Assembly (NCBI GenBank): GCA_041489255.1
Contig: JBGPQV010000004.1
Span: 1 to 64,000 of the forward strand
From: Thermoplasmata archaeon
GTDB taxonomy: Archaea > Thermoplasmatota > Thermoplasmata > RBG-16-68-12 > JAFNFQ01
Reading direction: 5' to 3'
DNA: 64,000 bases
Part shown: positions 1-9,740 of the stretch, piece by piece
How the letters are laid out: the number at the start of each line of letters is the position of its first letter
Numbering within the stretch: the first letter of the stretch is position 1
Notes under the pieces: generated by a model
What the model saw: only the letters and a program-made list of their open reading frames with translations
Told to the model about the DNA's origin: nothing
The model's database searches: none
Made by a program: the position numbers and the translations under genes

Positions 1-126
1 ACGCCTGTAGAGCTCGTTGACCCACTGCCTCGTCACCTTCTGTATGCTGGCTATCCTGGAGACCGGTTCCCCTTTCTCCATCTCCCGGATGATCCACTTC
101 ACCTTCTTCTCGTTCAGTTTGGCCAT
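1..126 (-). mobile_element. 5' part of a probable IS481-family transposase (N-terminal HTH), running off the left edge
   Basis: Not in the ORF track. The minus strand from ATG at 126 reads MAKLNEKKVKWIIREMEKGEPVSRIASIQKVTRQWVNELYRR with no stop, resembling the HTH start of archaeal IS481-type transposases. Confidence 0.7.
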
Positions 127-150
127 CCTGACCCCTGCGAGAGGAATTAT

Positions 151-174
151 GGAAAGTGAATTCAGGATAGCGCA
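151..174 (-). mobile_element. Putative left end / terminal inverted repeat of the IS element
   Basis: The minus strand reads TGCGCTATCCTGAATTCACTTTCC, ending about 25 nt upstream of the transposase ATG. It starts with TG as IS481 ends do. The partner end lies outside the window, so this is unverified. Confidence 0.4.
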
Positions 175-241
175 TTCTCTACCGCCCTCGAAAGCTTAAT
201 CATCAGAGTAAGGGTTCGTCCCTCCGAGGGCTGGGGTTACC

Positions 242-3200
242 TTGCACCGCTCTTCGTTCTCCCGAGTGTCAGAGGTTGTTTGCGCTGTCGCGATCGCGTC
301 TCTTTTCCTGATCCCCGTGTCCATGCGCTCTGGCGGGGATTCTGGCGGTTCTCTTCTGGCGCCGTCAGCCTTCACGTCCGTGTTCGCCATGAATGTTACC
401 AACACTCTGATGATCGACAGGCCCGATGAGGTCGTCCAGATGAACTTGACTTTGTCGGATTCATCCATCACAGATTCCACCCATTTCACAGTACGCCGCC
501 AATCCGGCGGCAGCGAAGTCCTGTCCGGTCCCCTGAACTCCACCGTCGAACTGTATCCGAGCGGCTACATCCACAGGATGCGGATCGCCTTCCAGGACAG
601 CTTCGCGCCGGGCGAGAGGAAAGGCTATATCATCAATGCGGGCGAGAAGACCGCCCTCAGGGGGGACATGGCCTGCAGCATCGGGTTCACGGCTGTGACC
701 GTCACCGATGGAAATGTGACGGACAGAAGGACCTACATGCTGACCACGGACAACTCCATCAACTACTACACCACGGGCATCAGGGTGTATTACGACCACA
801 CCACATATCCATTCGAAGCGCAGAGCGGGATACTCATACGGGTCGGCGGGGATCAGCTCTCCCTGGATCAGACGAACTTCCAGATGGGGTGGGGGACGCC
901 AGATTCCCTCGTGGCGGACGTGAACAGCGTCATGGTCTCCGTTCATCTCTCCTACCACAGCCCGTATTCAGCTCAATGGGGCTACGGTGCGACCTCGGCC
1001 TGGCTGAAGGACACCGACGTCATCTGGGCGGACCTCACCGTCAACTTCTACAACAACAACTCGATGATCGACGCTTACGTCTCGAAGAAGGTCAACGAGA
1101 AGTTCTACAACCACAACGGCTTCCTCATGGAGACATCGCTCCTCTTGGCGGGGGACGGGAACTACGAGTACATCTTCGGGACGCCTGACCATACGAGGCA
1201 GTGGGCCAACACCACTTCCCTCAACTGGGCCCTTGACTGGCATGAGTTCCGTGAGGTAGAGGTGGGGAACCGGAGCGCTCCCGCGCTGGGAGATCTGGAC
1301 AGCGACGGTGACCTCGACCTGATCGTCGGCTCTGCGGACGGGAACCTCACCGGGTTCAACAACACGGGCGGTCCGACCGCCCCGGCGTTCACTCCTGACG
1401 CGAATCTCGCTCCCTCGGGCGGGCCCTGGGATGCGAACACCAAGCCGACTCTCGGCGACCTCGACGGGGACGGGGACCTGGACCTTGTCGTCGGTCTGCA
1501 GAACGGCATGCTGATCGCCTTCAGGAATATCGGTGATGCCTACACGCCATTATGGAGCCGTGATGACACTCTGGTCGCCGGAGTGCTCGTCGCCGCCACC
1601 ATTCGGGAGGCTGCGCCTGAGCTTGCCGACCTCAACGGGGACGGGAATCTCGATCTCCTGGAGGGAATCGCCACCGGCACGTTCCATTATTACGAGAACG
1701 TTGGCACAGCGTCAGTACCTCAGTTCTCGTTGAACGATACCGAGTTCATGTACCTGAACGAGGGCGACACGCTGAAGCCCGGCTACTTCTGCACCCCCGC
1801 CATCACGGACGTGAACCGCGACGGATATGCCGACTTCGTCTCGGGCACGAACTACACCTCATTTGGCACCCTCGTCTATTTCCAGAATGAGGGCAACAAC
1901 TCTGATCCAAGATTCACGAAGCTATATCCCGCCATGTTCAACAACGTCCGCGGCCCGGGATACTACACCGCAGACTACAGCGCGCCTGAGTTCGGCGATT
2001 TGAATGGAGACGGGCTCGAGGACATAGTCATCGGCATCAACAACGGGACCCTGGAGTTCTATGCGAACCAGGGATACTCGCTGCCAGAGCGACACGCGAA
2101 CACGATGCAGCCCCTGTCGAACGGCTCATACAGGTACTACTACGACCAGGACGGCAACGACGGGCAGTATGTCATCCGGAACTACTCCGGCGACTTCTAC
2201 GGCTGGTACGTCGTCTCCAACCCCGCCGCCAACGCCTCGATATTCCGCTATGTGCCGGACTTCGCGAGGTACGCGTACAGGGACGAATACTCCGGTGAGA
2301 TGTACCCGTGGGCCGGCGGGAACACCAGCTACTACCCGTTCATTCCGGCAGAGGACGGGCGGGTGGGGAGAGGGATTCTGATCACCCGCGCCGCCAGCGA
2401 CGCAACGGCCGGCGGTTACGGGTATGGCGGGACTTACCTATCACAAACCGGAACGGCCGGCGGGTTCCTCCAGGTCCCGATGACCGCGATGGAACACAGG
2501 AGCAGGGAGACTCTGGTGCTGGAACTCCCGTACGACCATTCGGCGGCACTCTATGATCTGATCGGCGCGCGGATGATGAATCCATTGAGGATCGAGACCG
2601 ACTCCGACATTACACTGCGCTCCATAGACATCACGACCGACCCGGCAGACCCCGGGCAGGGCCAGGACGTGACGGTTGCCGCGAATATCTGGAATGTCGG
2701 GTTCAGCAGTGCGAGCGGCGTCGAGGTGCAGTTCGTCGATGGCGATCCCTCCACCGGCGGGACGAAGATCGGGGCGACTCAGGTCATAGCATCGATTCCC
2801 GCGGGAGGTGTCAGCATCGCAAGCGTGGTCTGGAACACGGCGGGAATAATCGGACCCAGAGCGATCTTCGTGGCGATTGACCGGAGCGATACCGTCAAGG
2901 AGATGGATGAGGACAATAACGTCGCGAGCAGGACCTTCTACGTCACCGCCACGCGGAGGACTTGGAGCGGGGAGGCGATGATATCGGATTCCACGTACAA
3001 CGACATGGACCCCGACCTCGTCACGGATGCCAACGGGAATATCTGGGTGGCGTGGCACACATTCGTCGCGAAGGATGACTTCGACATCTTCGCCAAGACC
3101 TTCAACGGCACGGGCTGGACGGGCGTCCAGAACCTCGCATCGGGGATGAAGAGGACGAGCGCGCCCGCCCTGGCCGCAACTCCCAACGGGGACGTCTGGC

Positions 3201-4918
3201 TGATCTTCTCAAGCAACATCGTCGAGTATGACAAGTTCATCACCACGAAGAACGGCATCTATTACTGGAGTCAGAAGTTCGACCTGTGGGCCATGAATTA
3301 CTCGCATGGCGCCTGGCAGGCTCCGCAGCGATTCTCGCAGGCCGTCGAGAAGAACAACGCCGACCAGGCCCCGCGCGCGGCGGTCACCCCCGATGGCACT
3401 CTGTGGACGGCATTCAGGCATACGTATTTCGACCTGTACTCACACGGCCAGCAGATGTACAACATCCCCTATCAGGACATGAACATCTCCGCCAGATCGT
3501 TCAACGGGACCGCCTGGAGCAGCGAGCAGATAGTCGACAACAGAGCGGGGAATCAAGGTTGGTGGGGTGGTGCGTCGCTGGCGGTTTCGCCGAGCGGTAC
3601 GCTCTGGGCGTTCTACGAGGCGGAGCTGAGCCAGACGCAGTTCGAGATCTACTATAGCACGAACAACGGCTCGGGTTGGACCACGCCGGCCAGATTGACC
3701 AACAACCCCGGTCAGGATGTCAGACCGGTCGCGACCTTCGATTCTCGCGGGAACCTCATCGTCGTCTGGGAGAGCGACAGGGACGGCGAGAAGGACCTGT
3801 ACGTGAAATACTACAACGGGACGTCATGGTCGAGCGACTCCAGACTCACGACCGATTTAGGCGAAGACATGAAGCCCGCCATCACGACCGATGGTTCGGG
3901 AAGCGTCCTCGTGGCGTGGGAGAGCGACAGGACGGGGAACAAGGACATCTTCATGAAGGCGTTCGACGGCGTTGCATGGACCCCGGATCTGCAGGTCACG
4001 ACGGATGCGCACTCCGATGAACAAGTCAGGATAACCGGAAGCCGCTCGGGTGGCGCGATGCTCGTCTGGGAGACTGACAGGAATGGCTACGGGGACAAGG
4101 ACATCTACGCGAAGATACTCCAGATGCCGCCACCCAAATTGAGGACGGAGTTGTCCGGGGTCCTCTACGGAGATGTGAAGCTGACCTGGAACTTCTCCGC
4201 GGACGACTGGATGAGCAGGCTGGTGACCGGCTACACCGTCATGTGCGGTGAGGTCTACGACAGGAGCGGGGCCAGCTACGCCAAGATCGCGGACACTCCC
4301 GCCAACGTGAATTCGCTGGCCATATTGGGCCGCGGACAGGGCGACCCGAGGAACATCTTCTGCGAGGTTATCGCGAACACGCCGTTCGGATCGACGCTGC
4401 CCTCGAACCAGCAAGGCGCCTACAAGATCACGTTGACCGGGCACAACCTCATCTCAATCCCGTTGCTCATCGAGGATCCGGCTGTCACGTCTGCGCTCGC
4501 GACTCTCACGAACATACCGTCCAACTTCACATACATGCGATACTACGATGAACTCGACGCGGTGAGCCCTTGGAAGATATTCTCGATGATCGGCCCCCGC
4601 GATTCACTCGGTCTCAGCAATGACATGGGGCTGTGGGTCGGCGGTTCCGGGTCGGGTCAGCTGACGGTGACGGGGACTGTGCCTGACGGATACACGATCA
4701 GGTTGAAGGCGGGCTGGAATCTAGTCGGCTATCCCAGTCTCACTCCCAGGACCGTATCGGACGCGCTGGCGGGCCTGCCGATCGTGCGCATCGAAGGAGA
4801 GGATTCTACAACTCCGCCTTACAACCTCAGGGTCTTGGGCGGCGGTGATGTGATGTACCCTGGCCGGGGATACTGGATCTACGTGTCCTCTGATTCGACA
4901 TGGCTGCTTGGCGGCTGA
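242..4918 (+). CDS. Large secreted protein: N-terminal beta domain, FG-GAP repeats, CARDB, beta-propeller, FN3-like plus C-terminal surface module
   Basis: Signal-like N-terminus. Repeated GDLDxDGDLDL FG-GAP motifs, CARDB ending E.DE.NN, repeated WESDR.G.KDI blades, and GWNLVGYPS...PGRGYWIYV at the C-terminus. Confidence 0.85.
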   Translation: MHRSSFSRVSEVVCAVAIASLFLIPVSMRSGGDSGGSLLAPSAFTSVFAMNVTNTLMIDRPDEVVQMNLTLSDSSITDSTHFTVRRQSGGSEVLSGPLNSTVELYPSGYIHRMRIAFQDSFAPGERKGYIINAGEKTALRGDMACSIGFTAVTVTDGNVTDRRTYMLTTDNSINYYTTGIRVYYDHTTYPFEAQSGILIRVGGDQLSLDQTNFQMGWGTPDSLVADVNSVMVSVHLSYHSPYSAQWGYGATSAWLKDTDVIWADLTVNFYNNNSMIDAYVSKKVNEKFYNHNGFLMETSLLLAGDGNYEYIFGTPDHTRQWANTTSLNWALDWHEFREVEVGNRSAPALGDLDSDGDLDLIVGSADGNLTGFNNTGGPTAPAFTPDANLAPSGGPWDANTKPTLGDLDGDGDLDLVVGLQNGMLIAFRNIGDAYTPLWSRDDTLVAGVLVAATIREAAPELADLNGDGNLDLLEGIATGTFHYYENVGTASVPQFSLNDTEFMYLNEGDTLKPGYFCTPAITDVNRDGYADFVSGTNYTSFGTLVYFQNEGNNSDPRFTKLYPAMFNNVRGPGYYTADYSAPEFGDLNGDGLEDIVIGINNGTLEFYANQGYSLPERHANTMQPLSNGSYRYYYDQDGNDGQYVIRNYSGDFYGWYVVSNPAANASIFRYVPDFARYAYRDEYSGEMYPWAGGNTSYYPFIPAEDGRVGRGILITRAASDATAGGYGYGGTYLSQTGTAGGFLQVPMTAMEHRSRETLVLELPYDHSAALYDLIGARMMNPLRIETDSDITLRSIDITTDPADPGQGQDVTVAANIWNVGFSSASGVEVQFVDGDPSTGGTKIGATQVIASIPAGGVSIASVVWNTAGIIGPRAIFVAIDRSDTVKEMDEDNNVASRTFYVTATRRTWSGEAMISDSTYNDMDPDLVTDANGNIWVAWHTFVAKDDFDIFAKTFNGTGWTGVQNLASGMKRTSAPALAATPNGDVWLIFSSNIVEYDKFITTKNGIYYWSQKFDLWAMNYSHGAWQAPQRFSQAVEKNNADQAPRAAVTPDGTLWTAFRHTYFDLYSHGQQMYNIPYQDMNISARSFNGTAWSSEQIVDNRAGNQGWWGGASLAVSPSGTLWAFYEAELSQTQFEIYYSTNNGSGWTTPARLTNNPGQDVRPVATFDSRGNLIVVWESDRDGEKDLYVKYYNGTSWSSDSRLTTDLGEDMKPAITTDGSGSVLVAWESDRTGNKDIFMKAFDGVAWTPDLQVTTDAHSDEQVRITGSRSGGAMLVWETDRNGYGDKDIYAKILQMPPPKLRTELSGVLYGDVKLTWNFSADDWMSRLVTGYTVMCGEVYDRSGASYAKIADTPANVNSLAILGRGQGDPRNIFCEVIANTPFGSTLPSNQQGAYKITLTGHNLISIPLLIEDPAVTSALATLTNIPSNFTYMRYYDELDAVSPWKIFSMIGPRDSLGLSNDMGLWVGGSGSGQLTVTGTVPDGYTIRLKAGWNLVGYPSLTPRTVSDALAGLPIVRIEGEDSTTPPYNLRVLGGGDVMYPGRGYWIYVSSDSTWLLGG

Positions 4919-4970
4919 GCGAGTCCAAATGCTGTTCGCTCCGTCGAAAGTTTGATGTTGGCCCTGCGGC

Positions 4971-7900
4971 TTGACTCCACAAAGGGGTCGGGGTCATTTG
5001 TCGGATTCTCCAACCGCACGGCTGACGAAGGTTCTTGGCGCTGCGATTTTCGCGACGATGCTCTTCATGCCGGCGTACTTGCATGGCGGGAGCGAGGCGG
5101 GCAGCGAGTTGCCACGCCCAATGTCCTCGCCATTGGCGGTTGCGCTGAACGTCACCAACACGATTGCGGTCAACAGGCCGGACGAGGTCATCCAGATGAA
5201 CCTCACCCTGCCCGACTCTATGATCACCGATTCGACGAACTTCTCGGTGCGGCGGCAGACTGATGACAGCGAAGTCCTGTCGGGACCATTGGACTCCACC
5301 GTGGAGCTCTATCCCAGCGGGTACATCCACAGGATGAGGATTGCCTTCCAGGACAGCTTCAACGTGAGTGAGAAGAAGGGTTATTTCATCAAACCCGGCA
5401 ACAGGACGGCGCTCGTTGGAGACATGGGATTTTCCATCGCTCCGCCGAACATCTACGTCACCGACGGGAACGCCACCGACATGAGGAACTACCGCATCTG
5501 GATCGACAACTCAGACCTCTACTACACGAACAGCGTCCGCGTTTACTATAACCACACGAGCTACCCCTACCAGGCACAGAGCGGAATACTGGTGAGGGTG
5601 GCGGGAGACCTGCTCGTCCCCGACCAGCCGAGCATCCAGCTCGGGTGGGGCGTCCCGGACTCGATCGTCGTCGACAGCAACAACGTCATGGTCTCGACCC
5701 ATCTCGTCTACAAGAGTCCCTACTGGATACACTGGGGGGTCGGGATGCTCTCGAGCCTCGAGAGGGACACGGACCTGCTCTGGGCCGTCATAACCGTCAA
5801 CATCTACAACAACCGCTCCGTCATCGACGAGTACGTCTCGAAGAAAGTCAACGAGAAGTTCTACAACCACAACGGCTTCGTCATGGAGATCTCGGCGCTG
5901 ATGGCTGATGACGGGAACTATGAGTACATCTACGGGACGCCGAACCACGTGCGGCAATGGGTGAAGACTCCCGCGCTCAACTGGACGTGGGACCAGACGA
6001 AACTGGTCGGCCTGGATGTCGGCAACCGCAGCGCGCCTTCCGCAGGCGACCTCGACGGTGACGGCGACTTGGATATGATCGTCGGTTCACTCGCGGGAAC
6101 CCTCACTGGGTATGAGAACACCGGCGGGCCATCGAATCCGACTTACACCGCAAGGCCGAGCTTTTCACCGCCAGGAGGGCCCTGGAACAGCAACACCGCC
6201 CCGGTCCTCGGGGACCTGGATGGCGACGGCGACCTCGACCTGGTCGTGGGGCTCGCGAACGGGCAACTCATCGCCTTCAGGAACACGGGGACTCCCGCCT
6301 CTCCGGTCTGGACGCGGGACGACGCGATGCTCACGGGCGTCATCAGCATGGCCATGCCGCTCTTCGCCGCCCCTGAACTGGCTGACGTGGACTCCGACGG
6401 GGACCTCGATCTCCTGGTGGGCAAGTTCGTCGGCGGTTTCGATTACTATCGCAACGACGGCAACATGTTCAACCCGGCGTGGGTCAAGGACGATGCAACG
6501 TTCTCCCATCTCAACCAAGGTCCAACGAAGATGCCTGGGAACTTCACGACGCCCGAGATCGTGGACGTCGAGATGGACGGGTTGCTCGACTTCGTCTCGG
6601 GGCAGAACTTCACGACTTTCGGCAGCCTGATCTATTTCGCGAACACCGGGACGAACTCGTCACCCCGCTTCACACAGCTCAAGCCCTCCGTGCTCGGCAC
6701 GATAGGAAGCGGCGTGTGGTGGAACAAGGACTACACCGTCCCCGAGTTCGGGGACTTCACCGGGGACGGCTTCCAGGACATCGTCATGGGCATGAACGAC
6801 GGCACACTGCAGCTGTATGCGAACACCAGGTGGGGCTGGTATGAGCGGCACGTGAACGAGATGCAGCCCCTGGAGAACGGCTCCTACCGGTTCTTCTATG
6901 ACAATCAGGGGAACGACGGGCAGTTGGTCACCACCAACTACTCCACAGGTTTCAACGGTTGGTACGTCGTTGCGCAGCCCTCGGCCAACGCGTCGGTTTT
7001 CCGCTATATGCCCGACTTCTCCAGGTACGTCTACAGGGACCGGTACTCTGGGCAGATGTATCCTTGGGCGGGAGGCAATGTCAGCTACTATCCATTCCTG
7101 CCCAACGAGGACGGATATGTCACGCGCGGCATCCTGATCGGGCGGGCATACTGGACGACACAATATCACGGGTACGCCTACGGCGCTTCCTACATGACCC
7201 AGACGGGCGAGGCCGGCGGGTATGTGCATGTTCCCGTCACCTCCATGAACATCACGAGCCATCAGGTCCTCGTCATGGAGCTGCCCTACGACCATTCCGC
7301 CGCGCTCTATGAGTCGTTGGCGGAGGTCATGGCGAACCCACTGAAGCTCGAAGCCGACCCGGACCTCACTCTCAATATGCTCGACATCATGACAGACCCG
7401 ACCGACCCCGCCGAGAACAGCGCCGTGACAATCACCGCCAATATCTGGAATGTGGGGTTCAACGATACCGCGAACGTCCCCGTCGAGTTCTTCAACGGCG
7501 ACCCCAGTTCTGGCGGGATCAAAATAGGCCTGACGCAAATCATCCCTGCCATCGGCGCAGGAGGCAGAGGGACCGCAAGTGTCGTGTGGAACACCGCCGG
7601 CATCGTGGGAATCAAGAATGTCTTCGTTGCCGTCGATCGCGCTAGCGTGATCAAGGAACTCGATGATGACAACAACATCGTGAGCAGGCCTTTCACGATC
7701 ACCCGCGAAGCACGGACATGGAGCGATGAGATACTCATCTCGCAGAGCAAGCACAACGACATGGACCCGGACATCGCCGTGGACGCGAATGGCCACGTGT
7801 GGTTCACCTGGCACACATTCGGGATGTACGAGAACTTCGACGTCTCCGCGATCGACTTCGACGGCACGAGCTGGGGGAGGGTCGAGACGATTGCTGAGAA

Positions 7901-9704
7901 CTACAAGCACACAGGCGCACCGACCCTCGCCCCGGCCCCGAACGGCGACATGTGGCTCATATTCTCGAGCAACAAGGTGGAGTACGCCAACTACATCGCC
8001 ACGAGGCATCCGATGTGGTACTGGGCGGCGAAGTACGACCTCTATGGTGCAGTGCACTCGTACGACGGCTGGCATGCGCCCGAGCGGATCACCGATGCCG
8101 TCGATTACAACGAGAGCGACGGGGCACCATCCGCGGCCTTCGCGCCGGACGGCAAGCTCTGGACGGCGTACAGGCACACCTATTACGCGCTATACTTCCG
8201 GCCGGGCATGCAGATCAGCAACACCCCGTTCAACGACGAGAACATTTCTGCTCGCTCATTCGACGGCACGACATGGTCAGCGCAGCAAGATGTAGACAAG
8301 AGGCCTGGGAACCAGGGGTGGTGGGGCGGGGCGAAGCTTGCAATCTCGCCTACCGGGACTGTCTGGGCGTTCTACGAGTCGGAGTCCGGCAAGCAGTTCG
8401 ACATCTATTACAGCATGAACAGCGGCTCCGGATGGACGTCACCGACGAGGTTGAGCACGAGTGCTGCTCAGGATACGAGACCGGTCGTGACTTTCGACGA
8501 TGCGGGCACGCTGTGGGTCGCGTGGGAGAGCGACCGCAACGGGAACAGGGACATCTACGTCAGGAGCTACGATGGGTCGACATGGTCCGCCGAGAGGCGG
8601 CTGACCACTGACCTCGGAGAGGATATCAAGCCCGCCATCGCGACGAACCCGAACGGCTACGTCTATGTCGCTTGGGAAAGCGATCGGACCGGCAACAAGG
8701 ACATCTTCCTCAAGGTGTGGAACAAGACCGGCTGGTCTCCCGACTTCCAAGTGACGACGGACCCGCACGCGGACGAGGAAGTCTCGATCGGTGGCGGGGC
8801 CAGCGGCGCGATGTGGCTCGCATGGGAGAGCGACAGGAACGGCTTCGGGGACAAGGACATCTACGTCAAGGCGTTCACGGGATCGGGGGCGGCCCCGGTC
8901 GTGCCGGTGAGGGGCCCTTCAGACCTCCGAGCCGAGCTGGAAGGTAGCAATTTCTGGGATGTCAAGCTGACCTGGAACCTCTCCGCCGATGATTGGCTGT
9001 ACGGGAGAGTGACGGGCTATGTCGTGAGATGCGGAAATGTGTATGACCCGAGCGGCGCCTCCTATAACCCAGTAGTGGTCGCGCCACCGGGGTACGACTG
9101 GGCCGTGCTGAACAACATGGGTCAACACAGCCCGGACAACATCTTCTGCCAGGTCCTCGCGAACTCCACGGCGGGCCTCTCCGCGCCGTCGAACCAGGCG
9201 GGGGCATTCAAGATACATCTCACGGGGCACGACCTCGTATCGTTCCCGCTGCTGATCGAGAACACGAGCGCGTCATCTGTGCTGGCCACCGCAACGATCC
9301 GTCCATTCAACTTCACGTATGTCAGGTATTATGACTCGACAGACTTCGTCGATCCGTGGAAGGAGTATACTGCGGCGGGATACCGTGACCTCTTCCGCGT
9401 GGACAACGGCATGGGGCTTTGGGCGGGAAGTTCAGGACCGTCGCAAATCACTGTGGCGGGAGTCGTGCCGTCAGGGTACCCCGTGCATCTCAAGGCGGGA
9501 TGGAACCTCGTCGGCTATCCGAGCATGACCCCGCGGAGAGTGGCGGATGCATTGGCTGGATTACCCCTTGTCCGCGTCGAGGGCTACGACCCGCTCGCGA
9601 ACGACTACAATCTCAGGGTCCTTGGTCCAAATGATTTGATGATGCCGGGGCAAGGTTACTGGGTGTGCCTGTCGTCCGATGCGACTTGGTTCGTTGGCGG
9701 TTGA
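4971..9704 (+). CDS. Tandem paralog of the FG-GAP/CARDB/propeller secreted protein
   Basis: Collinear with 242-4918 over its whole length. Identical blocks include STVELYPSGYIHRMRIAFQDSF, YVSKKVNEKFYNHNGF and ELPYDHSAALY. Confidence 0.85.
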   Translation: MTPQRGRGHLSDSPTARLTKVLGAAIFATMLFMPAYLHGGSEAGSELPRPMSSPLAVALNVTNTIAVNRPDEVIQMNLTLPDSMITDSTNFSVRRQTDDSEVLSGPLDSTVELYPSGYIHRMRIAFQDSFNVSEKKGYFIKPGNRTALVGDMGFSIAPPNIYVTDGNATDMRNYRIWIDNSDLYYTNSVRVYYNHTSYPYQAQSGILVRVAGDLLVPDQPSIQLGWGVPDSIVVDSNNVMVSTHLVYKSPYWIHWGVGMLSSLERDTDLLWAVITVNIYNNRSVIDEYVSKKVNEKFYNHNGFVMEISALMADDGNYEYIYGTPNHVRQWVKTPALNWTWDQTKLVGLDVGNRSAPSAGDLDGDGDLDMIVGSLAGTLTGYENTGGPSNPTYTARPSFSPPGGPWNSNTAPVLGDLDGDGDLDLVVGLANGQLIAFRNTGTPASPVWTRDDAMLTGVISMAMPLFAAPELADVDSDGDLDLLVGKFVGGFDYYRNDGNMFNPAWVKDDATFSHLNQGPTKMPGNFTTPEIVDVEMDGLLDFVSGQNFTTFGSLIYFANTGTNSSPRFTQLKPSVLGTIGSGVWWNKDYTVPEFGDFTGDGFQDIVMGMNDGTLQLYANTRWGWYERHVNEMQPLENGSYRFFYDNQGNDGQLVTTNYSTGFNGWYVVAQPSANASVFRYMPDFSRYVYRDRYSGQMYPWAGGNVSYYPFLPNEDGYVTRGILIGRAYWTTQYHGYAYGASYMTQTGEAGGYVHVPVTSMNITSHQVLVMELPYDHSAALYESLAEVMANPLKLEADPDLTLNMLDIMTDPTDPAENSAVTITANIWNVGFNDTANVPVEFFNGDPSSGGIKIGLTQIIPAIGAGGRGTASVVWNTAGIVGIKNVFVAVDRASVIKELDDDNNIVSRPFTITREARTWSDEILISQSKHNDMDPDIAVDANGHVWFTWHTFGMYENFDVSAIDFDGTSWGRVETIAENYKHTGAPTLAPAPNGDMWLIFSSNKVEYANYIATRHPMWYWAAKYDLYGAVHSYDGWHAPERITDAVDYNESDGAPSAAFAPDGKLWTAYRHTYYALYFRPGMQISNTPFNDENISARSFDGTTWSAQQDVDKRPGNQGWWGGAKLAISPTGTVWAFYESESGKQFDIYYSMNSGSGWTSPTRLSTSAAQDTRPVVTFDDAGTLWVAWESDRNGNRDIYVRSYDGSTWSAERRLTTDLGEDIKPAIATNPNGYVYVAWESDRTGNKDIFLKVWNKTGWSPDFQVTTDPHADEEVSIGGGASGAMWLAWESDRNGFGDKDIYVKAFTGSGAAPVVPVRGPSDLRAELEGSNFWDVKLTWNLSADDWLYGRVTGYVVRCGNVYDPSGASYNPVVVAPPGYDWAVLNNMGQHSPDNIFCQVLANSTAGLSAPSNQAGAFKIHLTGHDLVSFPLLIENTSASSVLATATIRPFNFTYVRYYDSTDFVDPWKEYTAAGYRDLFRVDNGMGLWAGSSGPSQITVAGVVPSGYPVHLKAGWNLVGYPSMTPRRVADALAGLPLVRVEGYDPLANDYNLRVLGPNDLMMPGQGYWVCLSSDATWFVGG

Positions 9705-9740
9705 CTGGAGGAGAACCGCCACGACGAGCCGGATCTGCAA

